64,000 nt of DNA from Candidatus Peregrinibacteria bacterium (GCA_016934215.1 JAFGTE010000028.1:2672-66671), one strand, 5' to 3'. Counted from the first letter of the stretch, positions 1-12,067 are shown. The notes: a model not told the origin generated them from the letters alone. Numbers and translations are program-made.

Positions 1-81
1 CACAACCAAAATATCCGTGACTTCATCCCGTTTCGACTCGGGATCCATCACGCGGCCGCCTTTAAGAAGGATCTTACTCAT
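1..81 (-). CDS. pyrC: dihydroorotase, N-terminal fragment (runs off window)
   Basis: Reverse translation from ATG at 81 gives MSKILLKGGRVMDPESKRDEVTDILVV, a typical dihydroorotase N-terminus. It starts directly after the pyrB stop. Confidence 0.55.
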   Translation of the reverse strand, partial: MSKILLKGGRVMDPESKRDEVTDILVV

Positions 82-996
82 TTACTTATAATATGCCTTA
101 GAAAGATTCTTGAGAAGCGCCATTCGCATGTAAACGCCGTTCTCCACCTGACGGAAGCAGGCGGACTGTTCCATATCATCCACATCCGGCGTGATCTCGT
201 CCACACGGGGCAGGGGATGCAGAATGCGCAGGGATTTCTTGCCGAGCTTCACCGTGGCCGAGGTCATCACATAAGAACCTTTCATTTTTAAATATTCTGC
301 CTCGCTTTCAAAACGCTCCTGCTGAATACGGGTCATGTAAAGCACGTCGATTTCCGGCATTTTGGAATCCAGATCGGCCGTTTCTTCGAACTCGATACCT
401 TTATCTTTCAGCATCTGGGTGTATTTCTCAGGCACCTTCAGTTCCGGCGGACTGATGTAGATGACCTTGGCTGGTTTATAAAGGCAGAGGATGTAAGTGA
501 GGGAATGAACGGTACGGCCGTATTTAAGATCCCCCACAAAAGCAATCGTCTTGCCGTCGATCCCGCCCGCTTCACGTTTGATAGTATAGGTATCGAGGAG
601 TGACTGAGTGGGGTGCTGGTTGGGGCCGTCTCCGGCATTCAGAAAGGGCTTTTTGGTGTATTTTACCGCTTCTTCCGCAGAACCGGGCGTGGGGTGGCGC
701 ATCACGATAATATCGGCGTATTTTTCCACCACGCGGATGGTGTCCGCCAGCGTTTCGCCCTTGCTGACCGAGGAGGTCTTGGGATCGGCAATAGTGATGA
801 CCGAAGCCCCCAGCCGGTGCGCGGCCGTTTCAAAAGAAAGACGGGTGCGGGTACTGGGTTCAAGGAACAGCGTCGCTACCACTTTGCCTTTCAGGTCCTC
901 CGTGTTCTTGCCGCGAAGGCTTTCAGCTTCCTCTAATAAAAAATCCACTTCTTCGCGAGTCAGATCCGCGGAAGTAAAAAGTTGCGTTCGATTCAT
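82..996 (-). CDS. pyrB: aspartate carbamoyltransferase catalytic subunit
   Basis: 304 aa with ATCase motifs: STRTR (carbamoyl-P binding), HPTQ and HPLPR. Confidence 0.95.
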   Translation of the reverse strand: MNRTQLFTSADLTREEVDFLLEEAESLRGKNTEDLKGKVVATLFLEPSTRTRLSFETAAHRLGASVITIADPKTSSVSKGETLADTIRVVEKYADIIVMRHPTPGSAEEAVKYTKKPFLNAGDGPNQHPTQSLLDTYTIKREAGGIDGKTIAFVGDLKYGRTVHSLTYILCLYKPAKVIYISPPELKVPEKYTQMLKDKGIEFEETADLDSKMPEIDVLYMTRIQQERFESEAEYLKMKGSYVMTSATVKLGKKSLRILHPLPRVDEITPDVDDMEQSACFRQVENGVYMRMALLKNLSKAYYK

Positions 997-1126
997 GCTA
1001 CTTAATTTTAAATTTTACCTGCGCTATTTTATGCCTTTTTTGAACAGTTGTAAAATAGTTTAGAAATACTTGACAAAAATTAAAAAATCCTTAAAATATA
1101 GTACATAAAATCTAATTGAACTATAT

Positions 1127-1639
1127 ATGAGCGACTTAGCCAATTTTTATACCAAAGCAGACCCGGACTTTACAAAAGCATCAGTCGATGAAAATCTGGA
1201 AGGACTGACTCTTAAAGAACTCAGAGAAAGACGAGTCGCTGCCACACGGACAGCCATCGGTATTAATTTAGAATTCTGTCGCCGTCTAAAAGCTAGATTG
1301 ATAGAACTGGGAGCGCCTGAAAATATTATAGTTCAGACGTCTGATGTGACAGCGTGCGTGCCCCTTGATCCGGTTATCGAAGATCCGGAGGTTCCTTTTT
1401 GTATTAATGTTAATCTACCTGAACCAGGAGATGATGAAGAATGGAATGAAGAAAGTTTGAAAGCAAAGATCAAAAAAATTAAAACCGCTTTAACTGAAAT
1501 AATCGGATGTCCGCTTAATCAGCTTGAAACCACTGAAATAGTACCTGGGGAAATAAGCGTTTCTTTTGCCCTTAACGAAAACGGCTATCCTGAAGAACTG
1601 CTAGAACTGCTAGAGGGAACAGTAGTCGATGCAGAATAA
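1127..1639 (+). CDS. hypothetical acidic protein
   Basis: Clean 170 aa ORF with a promoter-like AT-rich upstream region. No recognisable domain. Confidence 0.55.
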   Translation: MSDLANFYTKADPDFTKASVDENLEGLTLKELRERRVAATRTAIGINLEFCRRLKARLIELGAPENIIVQTSDVTACVPLDPVIEDPEVPFCINVNLPEPGDDEEWNEESLKAKIKKIKTALTEIIGCPLNQLETTEIVPGEISVSFALNENGYPEELLELLEGTVVDAE

Positions 1640-1641
1640 AT

Positions 1642-2550
1642 TCAAGGTTTTTCCAACCCTAGCGGCTCATAAAGCTCGGACGGATCATCAAAAGGCCTTA
1701 TATTAGGAGGGTAATTTGAAGGAATGTGAGCATTGGGCAGAGAGCCGCTCAGGCCATAGATCTCGTTCAGCTGGCTCATAAATCTTTCAGAGTCCCGGAC
1801 TCCATGAAGGGCATGAAACCCCCGCATCGGCGCAAAACGGTTAGCCAGCGCCATATCTCTTGAATAATTATCCCCAAAAATGGCAACACGCTGTCCGATC
1901 TCTTCAGCAGACATGCCAAGCAGTTCCTCCAGATGGGTATCGGGTTTTTCAGTGTCGGTTTCCGTCAGAGGGATCTGAAGGGACCGACGAAGCGCTTTGC
2001 TAAATCGCTCACGGGATTCCATAAGGGGTTCTTCGGCATCCCGGATGGCGATCAGTCTGGAAAAATGCCGCCTGCCCAGCAGCTGAGCTTTATGGGACTT
2101 GAGTTTTGAGCAGGTGCTGAGTGTTCGGGCGTCTGTCAAAGCGATCACTTGTCTGCCTTGCTTTTTGGCGGTATGAAGCAATTCGGGCATTCCCGGATAA
2201 GGCTTTAGCCGCTTTGTTTTTGCCGCATTGAATGCCCGGCGAACTCTTTTGTATAATTCCTTTTTCCGCGTTTCATTTCGAATGAAGTCCCCAAAAAACG
2301 CTTCTGCTTCCATAGACTGCAGGAGCGTCGGACTTTCAAAGCCTCTTGCCGCGTAATGGCGTTGCATGGCCCGAATGATATCGGCTTCCGGAATACCGGT
2401 ATACTCAAAAATGGCGTGCATCATAGCGCGGTTCGTATAAACAGCATATTCAGGAAAATTAGTGACCGTCCCGTCCAGGTCAAACAGTAAGGTATCCGGG
2501 GCCTGCTCATATTTAAATGCGTCAGTCATTTTTATAGGGTTGGAAAGCAT
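1642..2550 (-). CDS. HAD-superfamily hydrolase
   Basis: HAD motif I LLFDLDGTV near the N-terminus and a late GDN acidic motif (IFGDNYSRD). 302 aa. Confidence 0.7.
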   Translation of the reverse strand: MLSNPIKMTDAFKYEQAPDTLLFDLDGTVTNFPEYAVYTNRAMMHAIFEYTGIPEADIIRAMQRHYAARGFESPTLLQSMEAEAFFGDFIRNETRKKELYKRVRRAFNAAKTKRLKPYPGMPELLHTAKKQGRQVIALTDARTLSTCSKLKSHKAQLLGRRHFSRLIAIRDAEEPLMESRERFSKALRRSLQIPLTETDTEKPDTHLEELLGMSAEEIGQRVAIFGDNYSRDMALANRFAPMRGFHALHGVRDSERFMSQLNEIYGLSGSLPNAHIPSNYPPNIRPFDDPSELYEPLGLEKP

Positions 2551-2625
2551 TTTAGTTGAGCCTCAACATTTTGGCAACACCTTGGAAATTCAGGGAATCC
2601 GCGTTATAGTAACTCAGCTTAATGA

Positions 2626-3912
<1,287 letters not shown>

Positions 3913-4035
3913 TTGTTTTAAGGAGTAATATATCTCTTTTAATAACATTGTCTGAACATGGTTCCAGCATTGTTGGGGCAATACCATCAAAAAGACCTCG
4001 CCCCAAAGTCCTCCTTTTGATAAATTAAAAAGCAG

Positions 4036-4575
4036 ATGAAACTAATTGTCGGACTTGGAAACCCCGGGGATAAATATAAAAAAACGCGTCACAACGCAGG
4101 TTTTATGGCGGCTGATAAACTGGCGGAGCATTTTGGGATGGAAGAGTTCAAATCATTGGATAAAGGAAAATCACTCATGACCAAAGGCGAAATTGCGGGG
4201 GAAAAAGTGATTTTGATAAAACCCCAGAGCTATATGAACCTTTCGGGCATTCCTACGGCAGCGGTAGCCAGTTACTTTAAGATTGACCGGAAAGACATCA
4301 TTGCCATTTATGACGATGCGGATATCGAAAGCGGCACGCTGCGAGTCCGCCAGGAAGGCTCGGCGGCCGGGCACAATGGTGTGAAATCACTGATCGAAGA
4401 ACTGGGCGGTGATGATTTTGTGCGGATTCGCCTGGGGATCAAACCTGAAAAACCCTTTCCCGGAGCACTGGAAGATTACGTACTCGGAAAGCTCACGAAA
4501 GACGAGCAGTCTGTCCTGACTCGGGTGCTCGATCAGCTTCCGGAGGTCATTGAAAAAGTGATAAAAGAGGCTTAA
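4036..4575 (+). CDS. pth: peptidyl-tRNA hydrolase
   Basis: LIVGLGNPG...TRHNAGF signature. 179 aa. Confidence 0.95.
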   Translation: MKLIVGLGNPGDKYKKTRHNAGFMAADKLAEHFGMEEFKSLDKGKSLMTKGEIAGEKVILIKPQSYMNLSGIPTAAVASYFKIDRKDIIAIYDDADIESGTLRVRQEGSAAGHNGVKSLIEELGGDDFVRIRLGIKPEKPFPGALEDYVLGKLTKDEQSVLTRVLDQLPEVIEKVIKEA

Positions 4576-4594
4576 AATTTTGAGGCAAGTTTGT

Positions 4595-4669
4595 TCGGGA
4601 GTAGCCAAGTGGTAAGGCACCGGGTTTTGGTCCCGGCATTCGTGGGTTCGAATCCTACCTCCCGAGCCA
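4595..4669 (+). tRNA. tRNA-Gln (anticodon TTG), CCA encoded
   Basis: Hand-folded: acceptor TCGGGAG/CTCCCGA, anticodon stem CCGGG/CCCGG with loop TTTTGGT (anticodon TTG), T-loop GGTTCGAATCC, 3' GCCA. Confidence 0.9.
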
Positions 4670-4686
4670 TCAAAAAATTATTATTG

Positions 4687-4959
4687 ATGAATCCAGCAAC
4701 CGAAAAACCGTCGATTTCAAATATACTCAATAGCCTGGTTGGCATGAAAGCAGCCATTGTAAGCCTTCTGGAAGAAAATAATTTAGCCTGCGGTAAACTT
4801 GAAAACCAAACTGAAGCAAAACAAACAACGCTGCTTGCCAGAAGAACTGAAATTATAAGACTGCTGAGATTACTGGAAGGGCAAACAGAAATTCCTGCTG
4901 AAGTTCACGATGGCTTTAAAAAGTTGATTTATCCTCAAAGAAAGCCGGAAAATTACTAA
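4687..4959 (+). CDS. small hypothetical helical protein
   Basis: The track ORF 4591..4959 overlaps tRNA-Gln, so it was trimmed to the internal ATG at 4687 (90 aa). Its N-terminal helix resembles those of ORFs 16189 and 19649. Confidence 0.4.
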   Translation: MNPATEKPSISNILNSLVGMKAAIVSLLEENNLACGKLENQTEAKQTTLLARRTEIIRLLRLLEGQTEIPAEVHDGFKKLIYPQRKPENY

Positions 4960-4990
4960 ATTCCACCTTGTCCCTCAAGCATTTTACAGA

Positions 4991-5437
4991 TTGAAGATCA
5001 TTCACCAGAACAAAAAGGCCATTTTTGACTACGAAATCCTTGATGAATACAAGGCGGGCATCATGTTACTTGGATCCGAGATCAAATCCATCCGAAAAGG
5101 CAATGTGAACCTGAAAGGCAGTTATGTCTCGGTTCAGAACGGAAGAGCCTTTTTGAAAGGGGCACATATTTCCCGTTATCCTTTTGACAGCACTACCGAT
5201 TATGATCCTTTTCGCGATCGGGAATTACTCCTGAATAAATCCGAACTTCATAAAATCGTCAATCATTTAAACAATCAGGGGGTGACCATTGTGGCGCTCG
5301 CTGTTGGTCTGGATGGTAAGTACGCCAAACTGCAGATAGGAGTGGCTCGCGGTAAAAAGAAACACGACAAACGCGAAACGATCAAAAAACGGGAGACTAA
5401 ACGACAAATTGATAGAGCAATCAAACGTCATATCTGA
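4991..5437 (+). CDS. smpB: SsrA-binding protein
   Basis: NKKAIFDYEI...GSEIKSIR SmpB signature and a basic C-terminal tail. TTG start. Confidence 0.9.
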   Translation: MKIIHQNKKAIFDYEILDEYKAGIMLLGSEIKSIRKGNVNLKGSYVSVQNGRAFLKGAHISRYPFDSTTDYDPFRDRELLLNKSELHKIVNHLNNQGVTIVALAVGLDGKYAKLQIGVARGKKKHDKRETIKKRETKRQIDRAIKRHI

Positions 5438-5464
5438 TAAACTATGAATCTCATAAACATTTAA

Positions 5465-6064
5465 ATGGACTTTATTCCCAAAAACATCCAAAAAGCGATC
5501 GAACAGTTTACTAAGCTCCCCGGAATCGGTCCAAAAACAGCCGAAAGACTGGTGTTCCACTTACTTAAAAAATCCGAAGCCGAAGTGGCGGAACTGGGCG
5601 AATCCATTCTGGCCCTCAAGAAGGCTATTCGGTACTGCAATATCTGTCAGCACCTGACGACCGAGGAAATCTGCGATATCTGTAAATCAGAAAGGCGCAA
5701 CAAAGCAACCGTGTGTATTGTGGAGGATTCCCTGGATTTGATGGCTCTGGAAAAAGCCAACGAATATAAAGGGCTCTATCATGTGCTTCACGGAATCATT
5801 TCCCCGGTTGACGGAATCGGCCCCGATGAACTCACCATCGCCGAACTGATCAAACGAGCTAAGAAAGGGGGCATCAAAGAAATGATTTTGGCTCTGAATC
5901 CTTCCATGGAAGGGGAGGCGACGGCCGCTTACATCAGCCGTTACGTAAAACCGCTCAATATCAAAATCACCCGCCTCGCCCGCGGCATTCCGATTGGCGG
6001 AAATTTAGAATATGCCGACTCTCAGACCCTGAAGCGTGCAATGGAAGGAAGGGTTGAATATTAA
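5465..6064 (+). CDS. recR: recombination protein RecR
   Basis: HhH motif LPGIGPKTAERL, a C4 zinc finger (CNICQH...CDIC) and a Toprim region. Confidence 0.95.
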   Translation: MDFIPKNIQKAIEQFTKLPGIGPKTAERLVFHLLKKSEAEVAELGESILALKKAIRYCNICQHLTTEEICDICKSERRNKATVCIVEDSLDLMALEKANEYKGLYHVLHGIISPVDGIGPDELTIAELIKRAKKGGIKEMILALNPSMEGEATAAYISRYVKPLNIKITRLARGIPIGGNLEYADSQTLKRAMEGRVEY

Positions 6065-6081
6065 AAACTAACCCCCGGATT

Positions 6082-7848
6082 ATGCGATTACCCGGATTAG
6101 ACACCGTTGCCGACGGTATCGGTAAAGTTACCCGGCGTTTTCCTTTTGCGATGATTGTAGCCCTTATCGGCACGGCAAGTGCTTATTCGGTAGTACACTT
6201 CGAATCACTGGAAGATGAATGGTCACTTTACAGACTCCTGATGACCTCGGTCCTCGGTTTTTTGCTTTTTGTGGTACTCCAGCTCAAGCTGGAGCGTGAG
6301 AAGATGAAGGGCGGTTATGCCCTTTTGATCAAACTGATTGGCGCTGTCTTTCTGGCACTTTATTACTGGCAGCTCCCCAATGATTTTGACTTTGCTTCTT
6401 CGGCATTTATCATTCGTTTTTTCCTTCTCGGTCTGACCCTGCTCTTTTCGCTGACTTTTGTCCCTTTTATCCGGCACGTCAAAGAGGTGAACGGTTTTTG
6501 GCAGTACTGCAAGACTCTCTTCATCCGCTTCTTCCTGACCTTCGTCTTCACCGGCACGCTGTATCTGGGGCTGGTCCTGGCGCTGGTGGGAGTTAAAGAG
6601 CTGCTCGGAATCAATTTTGATGAAAAATTGTTCTTTGAACTATGGATCGTCATCGTCGGACTTATTTCGACCAGTTTTTTCCTTTTGGGAATTCCGGAAA
6701 GCACCGCGGCACTTCAGAAAAAGACGGATTACCACAGGGGTATTCAGATCTTTGCCGAATACGTTCTCACTCCACTGATTTTAATCTATGCGGTGATTCT
6801 CTATATTTATACCGGAAAAATCATCCTGAACTGGGACTGGCCGGAGGGCATGGTCTCCTGGCTGATCATTGTTTTTTCCATCGCGACCATTCTGGCCAAC
6901 TTTATGCTCTGGCCGCTTTTAAAAAAAGAGGTTTACGTGAAGTATTTTCAGAAGATCTCTTACGCTCTGCTGATTCCCATGACCATGGTCATGTTTCTGG
7001 CACTGAAGATCAGGATTGACGATTACGGCATTACAGAAGCGCGCTATTACGGCATGGTGGTCTGCTTCTGGTTTCTGGCTATGAGTCTTTATTTCATTTT
7101 TTCAAAAAAGAAGAACCTGCTCGTGCTGCCTGTCTCACTGTGTATCATTACCCTGCTTTCTTCGGCCGGCCCTATTAGTTCTATGAATATCTCCAAATGG
7201 AGTCAGATGAACCGCTTAAAGACAGCCTTGATAGAAAGCGGAATACTCATCGATGGCAAAGTCCAGAAGATAGAGGGCGAAATAGATAAGGAATTGATTG
7301 CTACGATTAGCAGTAGTCTCGATTATATCATCGAAGTTCATGGATTTGAGGTGCTCCAGCCTTGGTTTGATGAGAAGCTTAGTTTCAGTCGGTATGACTC
7401 CTGTTACCGAACTGAGTGTGTGACGAGATTGATGGGGATCAAATATCTATATCAATGGGAAAGGGGCGCAGAAGCCCCCATTGAGCCGGTCAGGGAATCT
7501 AAACATTTCTATGTTACTGAAAACTCACCTCTTCGTATCGAAGGGTACAGCGAGATAATACCCTTCCATATTAGTATTTTAAAAGAAGATGAAGGCAACG
7601 TTGTCGTTCGTGAAAATCCCCTCCGGTTGATTTATACAGACTCAGATGAAAAAGAAAAGACTATTGAGTTTGAAGCCTTGCTGACTGATTTGGAACAAAA
7701 TGTAACCGAACTAAAAAAGTGGGATGAAATGAGAATCGACAGAGAAGAAATAGGAATCGCCATTCAAAGCATCAATTATCAGCGAAACCCCGATAATACA
7801 CTGAATGAATACTTTTTTATGGATGGCTACCTCCTGATCAGGGACTAA
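6082..7848 (+). CDS. polytopic membrane protein with soluble C-terminal domain (DUF4153-like?)
   Basis: 588 aa. About 10 hydrophobic helices in the first 370 aa, followed by a hydrophilic C-terminal third. Confidence 0.65.
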   Translation: MRLPGLDTVADGIGKVTRRFPFAMIVALIGTASAYSVVHFESLEDEWSLYRLLMTSVLGFLLFVVLQLKLEREKMKGGYALLIKLIGAVFLALYYWQLPNDFDFASSAFIIRFFLLGLTLLFSLTFVPFIRHVKEVNGFWQYCKTLFIRFFLTFVFTGTLYLGLVLALVGVKELLGINFDEKLFFELWIVIVGLISTSFFLLGIPESTAALQKKTDYHRGIQIFAEYVLTPLILIYAVILYIYTGKIILNWDWPEGMVSWLIIVFSIATILANFMLWPLLKKEVYVKYFQKISYALLIPMTMVMFLALKIRIDDYGITEARYYGMVVCFWFLAMSLYFIFSKKKNLLVLPVSLCIITLLSSAGPISSMNISKWSQMNRLKTALIESGILIDGKVQKIEGEIDKELIATISSSLDYIIEVHGFEVLQPWFDEKLSFSRYDSCYRTECVTRLMGIKYLYQWERGAEAPIEPVRESKHFYVTENSPLRIEGYSEIIPFHISILKEDEGNVVVRENPLRLIYTDSDEKEKTIEFEALLTDLEQNVTELKKWDEMRIDREEIGIAIQSINYQRNPDNTLNEYFFMDGYLLIRD

Positions 7849-8987
7849 GGGGTTTGTTGTGGCGCGTTCGGATGCTCGCGATAATATTTACGCTTAACTG
7901 CATCGGTGTACCTTGGATCAATGACCCAGTTACCTTCCTGATTCCGCGTCAGCATATAACCCTGCCGGGTCACGCGCAGGGGTTCACCTTCGTAATTTCC
8001 ACGGGTATAAATAGCATAGATACCTTCCATTTCCGGATCAGCAATAACGACCAGCTGCAACTTATTATGGGGTTCGTAGCGCTGCCGGGTGATTTCTTCA
8101 TAGGTTGTGCCCTGATGCTCCTGATGATATTTAAGATCCCGGAAGCGCGGATCATTGATTTCAAACCCAAGTTGTCGGGCTTCAATCAGCTGAACGAGAC
8201 GTCTGGGGAAATCCACATTCTCGACTTTATAAATAATCTGCATTTCAGGAACAATCTTTTCGTAGGGAGCTACCAGTAAATCCAGCAACTTTTGCATTCG
8301 CTGAGGTTCCGGCCAGTTTTCATCGACATCGTAATAAGTATCCCAGTCACCGTGTTGCTGATAAGCATTTTCAAAGCGAGCACGATAATGTACCATTTGC
8401 CGGTTGTATTCCTCGTGTTCCATCCAGGGGGGAGTGCCTTTAGCTCCCGTTAAATCAAGACCGCCAGCCTCTGTAAGATAGCCGCCCCGGGTTTCGATTA
8501 CGACCTTAAAGCTATCAGGGATATCTTCATTTTCTTCGGTGTAAGGACGGCGTTTGACAATTTCTACCCGGCCGTACTTCTTTTCCTGATACTCAAATGC
8601 GTAAGGGTATTGCAGCACTAAATTAAGAGCGGCATAAGTGGCATTCGTCTGACCGGTCTGGATCAGATGATGCATCATGCCGGGATTCAGATATTGCTCG
8701 TATAGATCCTCATGGACCGTTTGCATGCGAGTTACTTCCGTCGGTGACAGGTAGCCCTGCATAGCAACTGCCTCTTTGGCTATTTCACCAGACTCGGAAT
8801 GGTTTGGAGGCAATTTCGTATAATTCCGGGTGCGAGCCACTTCCTGATGAGTATCAGTATCCGAAGGAGCAGAAGCGGGAATTTCCTGATGAATTGTGCA
8901 TGCCGGGCCGGCTAAAGCAGCCATAATGGCCAGGCGGCCTGCTAATTTCTGTGAGCAAGCTTCTTTAGGGTGTGAAGGCGGTTTCAT
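7845..8987 (-). CDS. hypothetical protein, possible lipoprotein
   Basis: 380 aa ORF with a lipobox-like N-terminus (AALAGPAC). No recognisable domain. Confidence 0.55.
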   Translation of the reverse strand: MKPPSHPKEACSQKLAGRLAIMAALAGPACTIHQEIPASAPSDTDTHQEVARTRNYTKLPPNHSESGEIAKEAVAMQGYLSPTEVTRMQTVHEDLYEQYLNPGMMHHLIQTGQTNATYAALNLVLQYPYAFEYQEKKYGRVEIVKRRPYTEENEDIPDSFKVVIETRGGYLTEAGGLDLTGAKGTPPWMEHEEYNRQMVHYRARFENAYQQHGDWDTYYDVDENWPEPQRMQKLLDLLVAPYEKIVPEMQIIYKVENVDFPRRLVQLIEARQLGFEINDPRFRDLKYHQEHQGTTYEEITRQRYEPHNKLQLVVIADPEMEGIYAIYTRGNYEGEPLRVTRQGYMLTRNQEGNWVIDPRYTDAVKRKYYREHPNAPQQTP

Positions 8988-9084
8988 AAAAAATAAGGAA
9001 TTAGATTATTTTATATACTATAAATTAGCAGATGTCAATTTTAACTCTGAATCAGTCATTGGGAACCCGCTCTTCGCTATGCCA

Positions 9085-10362
9085 TTAGGTTCCATTAGAG
9101 GAAGCATCTGCCGGCGCCTCCTCACCAACAATATAAAAATTAGGACGAGCCTGATATTTACTATAAATCGTCTCTATAAAAGATTTATTTTCCTTCTCAC
9201 CGGTAACCTCATCTTGTACCATTTCATCGTCATACGTCACGTAGCGGTACCAGGTAACATTCACACCGGGAACGGCATGACCGACCACCTGGGTTTCACC
9301 GGGTTTCAGGTTAGGGGAGTACTCAACACGTTCTGCCGGAGGGGCAAACCAGCCCCCATAATAAGGTCCGATCATATGGACCGTGCGGTTCGTTTTTTGA
9401 CCATAAAAATTATAATAAGCCTTATTGCCCACCGTGAACGACTGTATCAGCATATAGTGCGGCGTATCGTTAATAAATTTCATTTCGACTTCCGGGGGGT
9501 AGACGGTTGCATCCAGGCCCAGCGGCTTATAATAACTCACTGCATAAGAGTGATTCCTGCGTGCGGTGACCGGATATCCGGCTGCCAGAACTGCACGATA
9601 AGCGGTGGTTGACACCTGACACAAACCGCCTCCGAATTCGGGCACCGTTTTGTCCCCCTTGATTACCAGTTCTCTGAGGAAACCGGTACTGGCATCCACG
9701 GGTCCCAGGACATTACCAAAGACAAACTCTTCACCGGGTTTGACAATGTGCCCGCTGAACTTGGAAAGTCCGGTATTGATATTGCTGATGCGGTTGTAGG
9801 GGGAATAACTGAAATCGGTTTCACCACCGGAAATAAGCTCTTTGATACCAAACTCTTTTAATTTGTCACTGAGCACTGTTACCACCGGATCTTCACGAAG
9901 GAGGGGCAGATGCACATATTTCAGATCATGTTTCAGGGCATACTCCATCATTTTAGTGGCGGCTTCCAAATCAAGCTGACGGCCATAAAGCCCCGTACCT
10001 TCAAAAATAACCTTGCCCTCCTGATTCATATCGATGGTCACGTCTTCTTTTGCGCGGTATACCTCAGGGGCCACGACCGTTTCCAGATAATGACGGATTT
10101 TCATACTATCCAGACCTTTAATGGATTCATTACTGATGAGTTCAGACGTCAGAGGGGCGTCTTCTCGGTTGATCGCGACCTCCAGGCCCCCAAAATCTGT
10201 TTTTTGATAATCAGAAAGTAAATCAAGCTGCTGTGGATTGATCTCCCATATTCTAAAATCCGTTTTCAGGATAAGACTGTCGGGTAAGTCCAAAGCCAGG
10301 CTCAGGGTTGGAAAACACAGGAAGGCGCCTAGGATGAAAAGACTGCGGGTAATGTATCTCAT
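9085..10362 (-). CDS. VanW family protein
   Basis: Signal peptide plus the VanW core motif GGGLCQVSTTAYRAVLAAG. 425 aa. Confidence 0.85.
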   Translation of the reverse strand: MRYITRSLFILGAFLCFPTLSLALDLPDSLILKTDFRIWEINPQQLDLLSDYQKTDFGGLEVAINREDAPLTSELISNESIKGLDSMKIRHYLETVVAPEVYRAKEDVTIDMNQEGKVIFEGTGLYGRQLDLEAATKMMEYALKHDLKYVHLPLLREDPVVTVLSDKLKEFGIKELISGGETDFSYSPYNRISNINTGLSKFSGHIVKPGEEFVFGNVLGPVDASTGFLRELVIKGDKTVPEFGGGLCQVSTTAYRAVLAAGYPVTARRNHSYAVSYYKPLGLDATVYPPEVEMKFINDTPHYMLIQSFTVGNKAYYNFYGQKTNRTVHMIGPYYGGWFAPPAERVEYSPNLKPGETQVVGHAVPGVNVTWYRYVTYDDEMVQDEVTGEKENKSFIETIYSKYQARPNFYIVGEEAPADASSNGT

Positions 10363-10616
10363 TGCTTCACTTTCTTGTTTTTTGGCGTGAGAATTTTGAT
10401 CACGGCCTTTTTGATCGTCCCCATTTCATGATCTTCACGAAGCTTGGCTTTTCCTTTCAGAAACATCTCAAGCGATCTGTCACGGATAGCCTTTCGGGTA
10501 TCCTTGCCTGCCTGCGGAGCTAAAGTCAGCCCTAAAATAGAACCGATGGCACCGCCAACGATCACCCCTGTTAAAAATTTTAATATCCCTCTTCCGACTT
10601 TTTTATTTTTGAGCAT
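10359..10616 (-). CDS. YtxH domain-containing small membrane protein
   Basis: Gly-rich TM helix followed by APQAGKDTRKAIRD, which is YtxH-like. Overlaps the VanW start by 4 nt. Confidence 0.65.
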   Translation of the reverse strand: MLKNKKVGRGILKFLTGVIVGGAIGSILGLTLAPQAGKDTRKAIRDRSLEMFLKGKAKLREDHEMGTIKKAVIKILTPKNKKVKQ

Positions 10617-10650
10617 ACTTTATTGGGTTAGTGGGCAAATTTTACCAATT

Positions 10651-12030
10651 TTACGCGTTCCAGTCAATTTCTGAATAATTTTTAAGGTGTTCCATGATTT
10701 CCTGTTTTATTTCGTTTAAATGGCTCTCTGACTCTGCTTCCATAATAATGGAGAGTCGGGGACTGGTATTGCTCACCCGGATACCGCACCAGCCGCCCTG
10801 ACCGAAATCAATCCGTATGCCGTCCATAGTGGTACTGGGGTATTTGTCTTTAAAATGGGCCACCACCTCCTCCAGAACTTCAAATTTCTTATCATCCGGA
10901 CAATAGGGTCGGATTTCAGGAATGGCAAAAGTCTTTGGAAAGGCTCCAAAAAGGCCCGAAACCGGTTTATCTGCATCGCTGACAATTTTAAGAATACGGC
11001 ATGCTGTTACGAGTGCATCGTCGTAGGGATAATAATTTTCCGGAAGGAAAAAATGGCCCGACTGTTCGCCTCCCAAAATGGCCTTGTGCCGACTCATGGC
11101 ATTTTCCACATAAGAATGGCCCACCTTGCACATCACGGGTTCACCGCCCCAGGACTTCACCTGATTAAAGAGTGCCTGAGAGTTAGAAACAGTAAACACC
11201 AGCGTTCCGCCGGGGTGCCGGGAAAGTACATCCCGGCTGAGAAGCATCAGAAGATGATCAGAGTTGATGAATGCGCCCTTTTCGCTGATCAAAACCACCC
11301 GGTCTCCATCACCGTCAAAACCAAGGCCTAAATCCGCTTTCACTTCAATAACTTTCTTTTTCAGATCTTCCATATTCGCTTCAATAATGGGATCCGCTTC
11401 ATGATTTGGAAAAGTTCCATCCAGTTCTGTATAAAGTTCCACGACTTCATGGCCAAGCGCTCGGATGACTTTCGGATACAGTTTTCCGGCTACGCCGTTT
11501 CCTGTATCAATGACGACTTTTAAAGGCTTTACGACAGGAAAAACCGATTTTATTTTCTGGATATAAAAATCCGCGTAATCAGCCGTCTTTTGGGAGCCCT
11601 TTCCTTCGCTGAAATCACCATTTTCAATGAGCTTATAGATTTTCTGAATTTCATCACCAAAAACCGCGTGAGCATTGGCCAGCATCAGCTTAAAACCATT
11701 GAACTCTTTTGAATTGTGACTGGCGGTAATATTGCAGCCGCCATCAAATTTCCCTTCTGTTACCACAAAATAAACATAGGGGGAGGGAGTAATGCCGACA
11801 TTGGTCACTTCGCAGCCGGTCGACATCAGACCTTCCGTAAAACCCTCAAAAAGTTCCATGCTGTGCGTCCGGCAATCCTGGCCGACAGCCACACGGGGGG
11901 AGGGAATAGATTTTTCCTGAATAAGGTAAGTGCCAAAAGCCTTACCGATTAAAGCAGCATTCTCCTTATTCAGCTGCTGAGGATAAGTGCCGCGGATGTC
12001 GTAAGCCCGGAATATTTTTTGATCGATCAT
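10651..12030 (-). CDS. phosphohexomutase (phosphoglucosamine/phosphomanno/phosphoglucomutase family)
   Basis: Active-site loop TASHNSKEFNGFK, Mg site GFDGDGDR and sugar loop GGEQSGH. 459 aa. Confidence 0.9.
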   Translation of the reverse strand: MIDQKIFRAYDIRGTYPQQLNKENAALIGKAFGTYLIQEKSIPSPRVAVGQDCRTHSMELFEGFTEGLMSTGCEVTNVGITPSPYVYFVVTEGKFDGGCNITASHNSKEFNGFKLMLANAHAVFGDEIQKIYKLIENGDFSEGKGSQKTADYADFYIQKIKSVFPVVKPLKVVIDTGNGVAGKLYPKVIRALGHEVVELYTELDGTFPNHEADPIIEANMEDLKKKVIEVKADLGLGFDGDGDRVVLISEKGAFINSDHLLMLLSRDVLSRHPGGTLVFTVSNSQALFNQVKSWGGEPVMCKVGHSYVENAMSRHKAILGGEQSGHFFLPENYYPYDDALVTACRILKIVSDADKPVSGLFGAFPKTFAIPEIRPYCPDDKKFEVLEEVVAHFKDKYPSTTMDGIRIDFGQGGWCGIRVSNTSPRLSIIMEAESESHLNEIKQEIMEHLKNYSEIDWNA

Positions 12031-12067
12031 ATTTCTTTGTGTTTGGCATTACTATTTTAGCATATCT

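Noticed and set aside
4591-4686. N-terminal 32 codons of track ORF 4591..4959.
   Set aside because: They overlap tRNA-Gln (4595..4669) on the same strand. The ORF was trimmed to the internal ATG at 4687.
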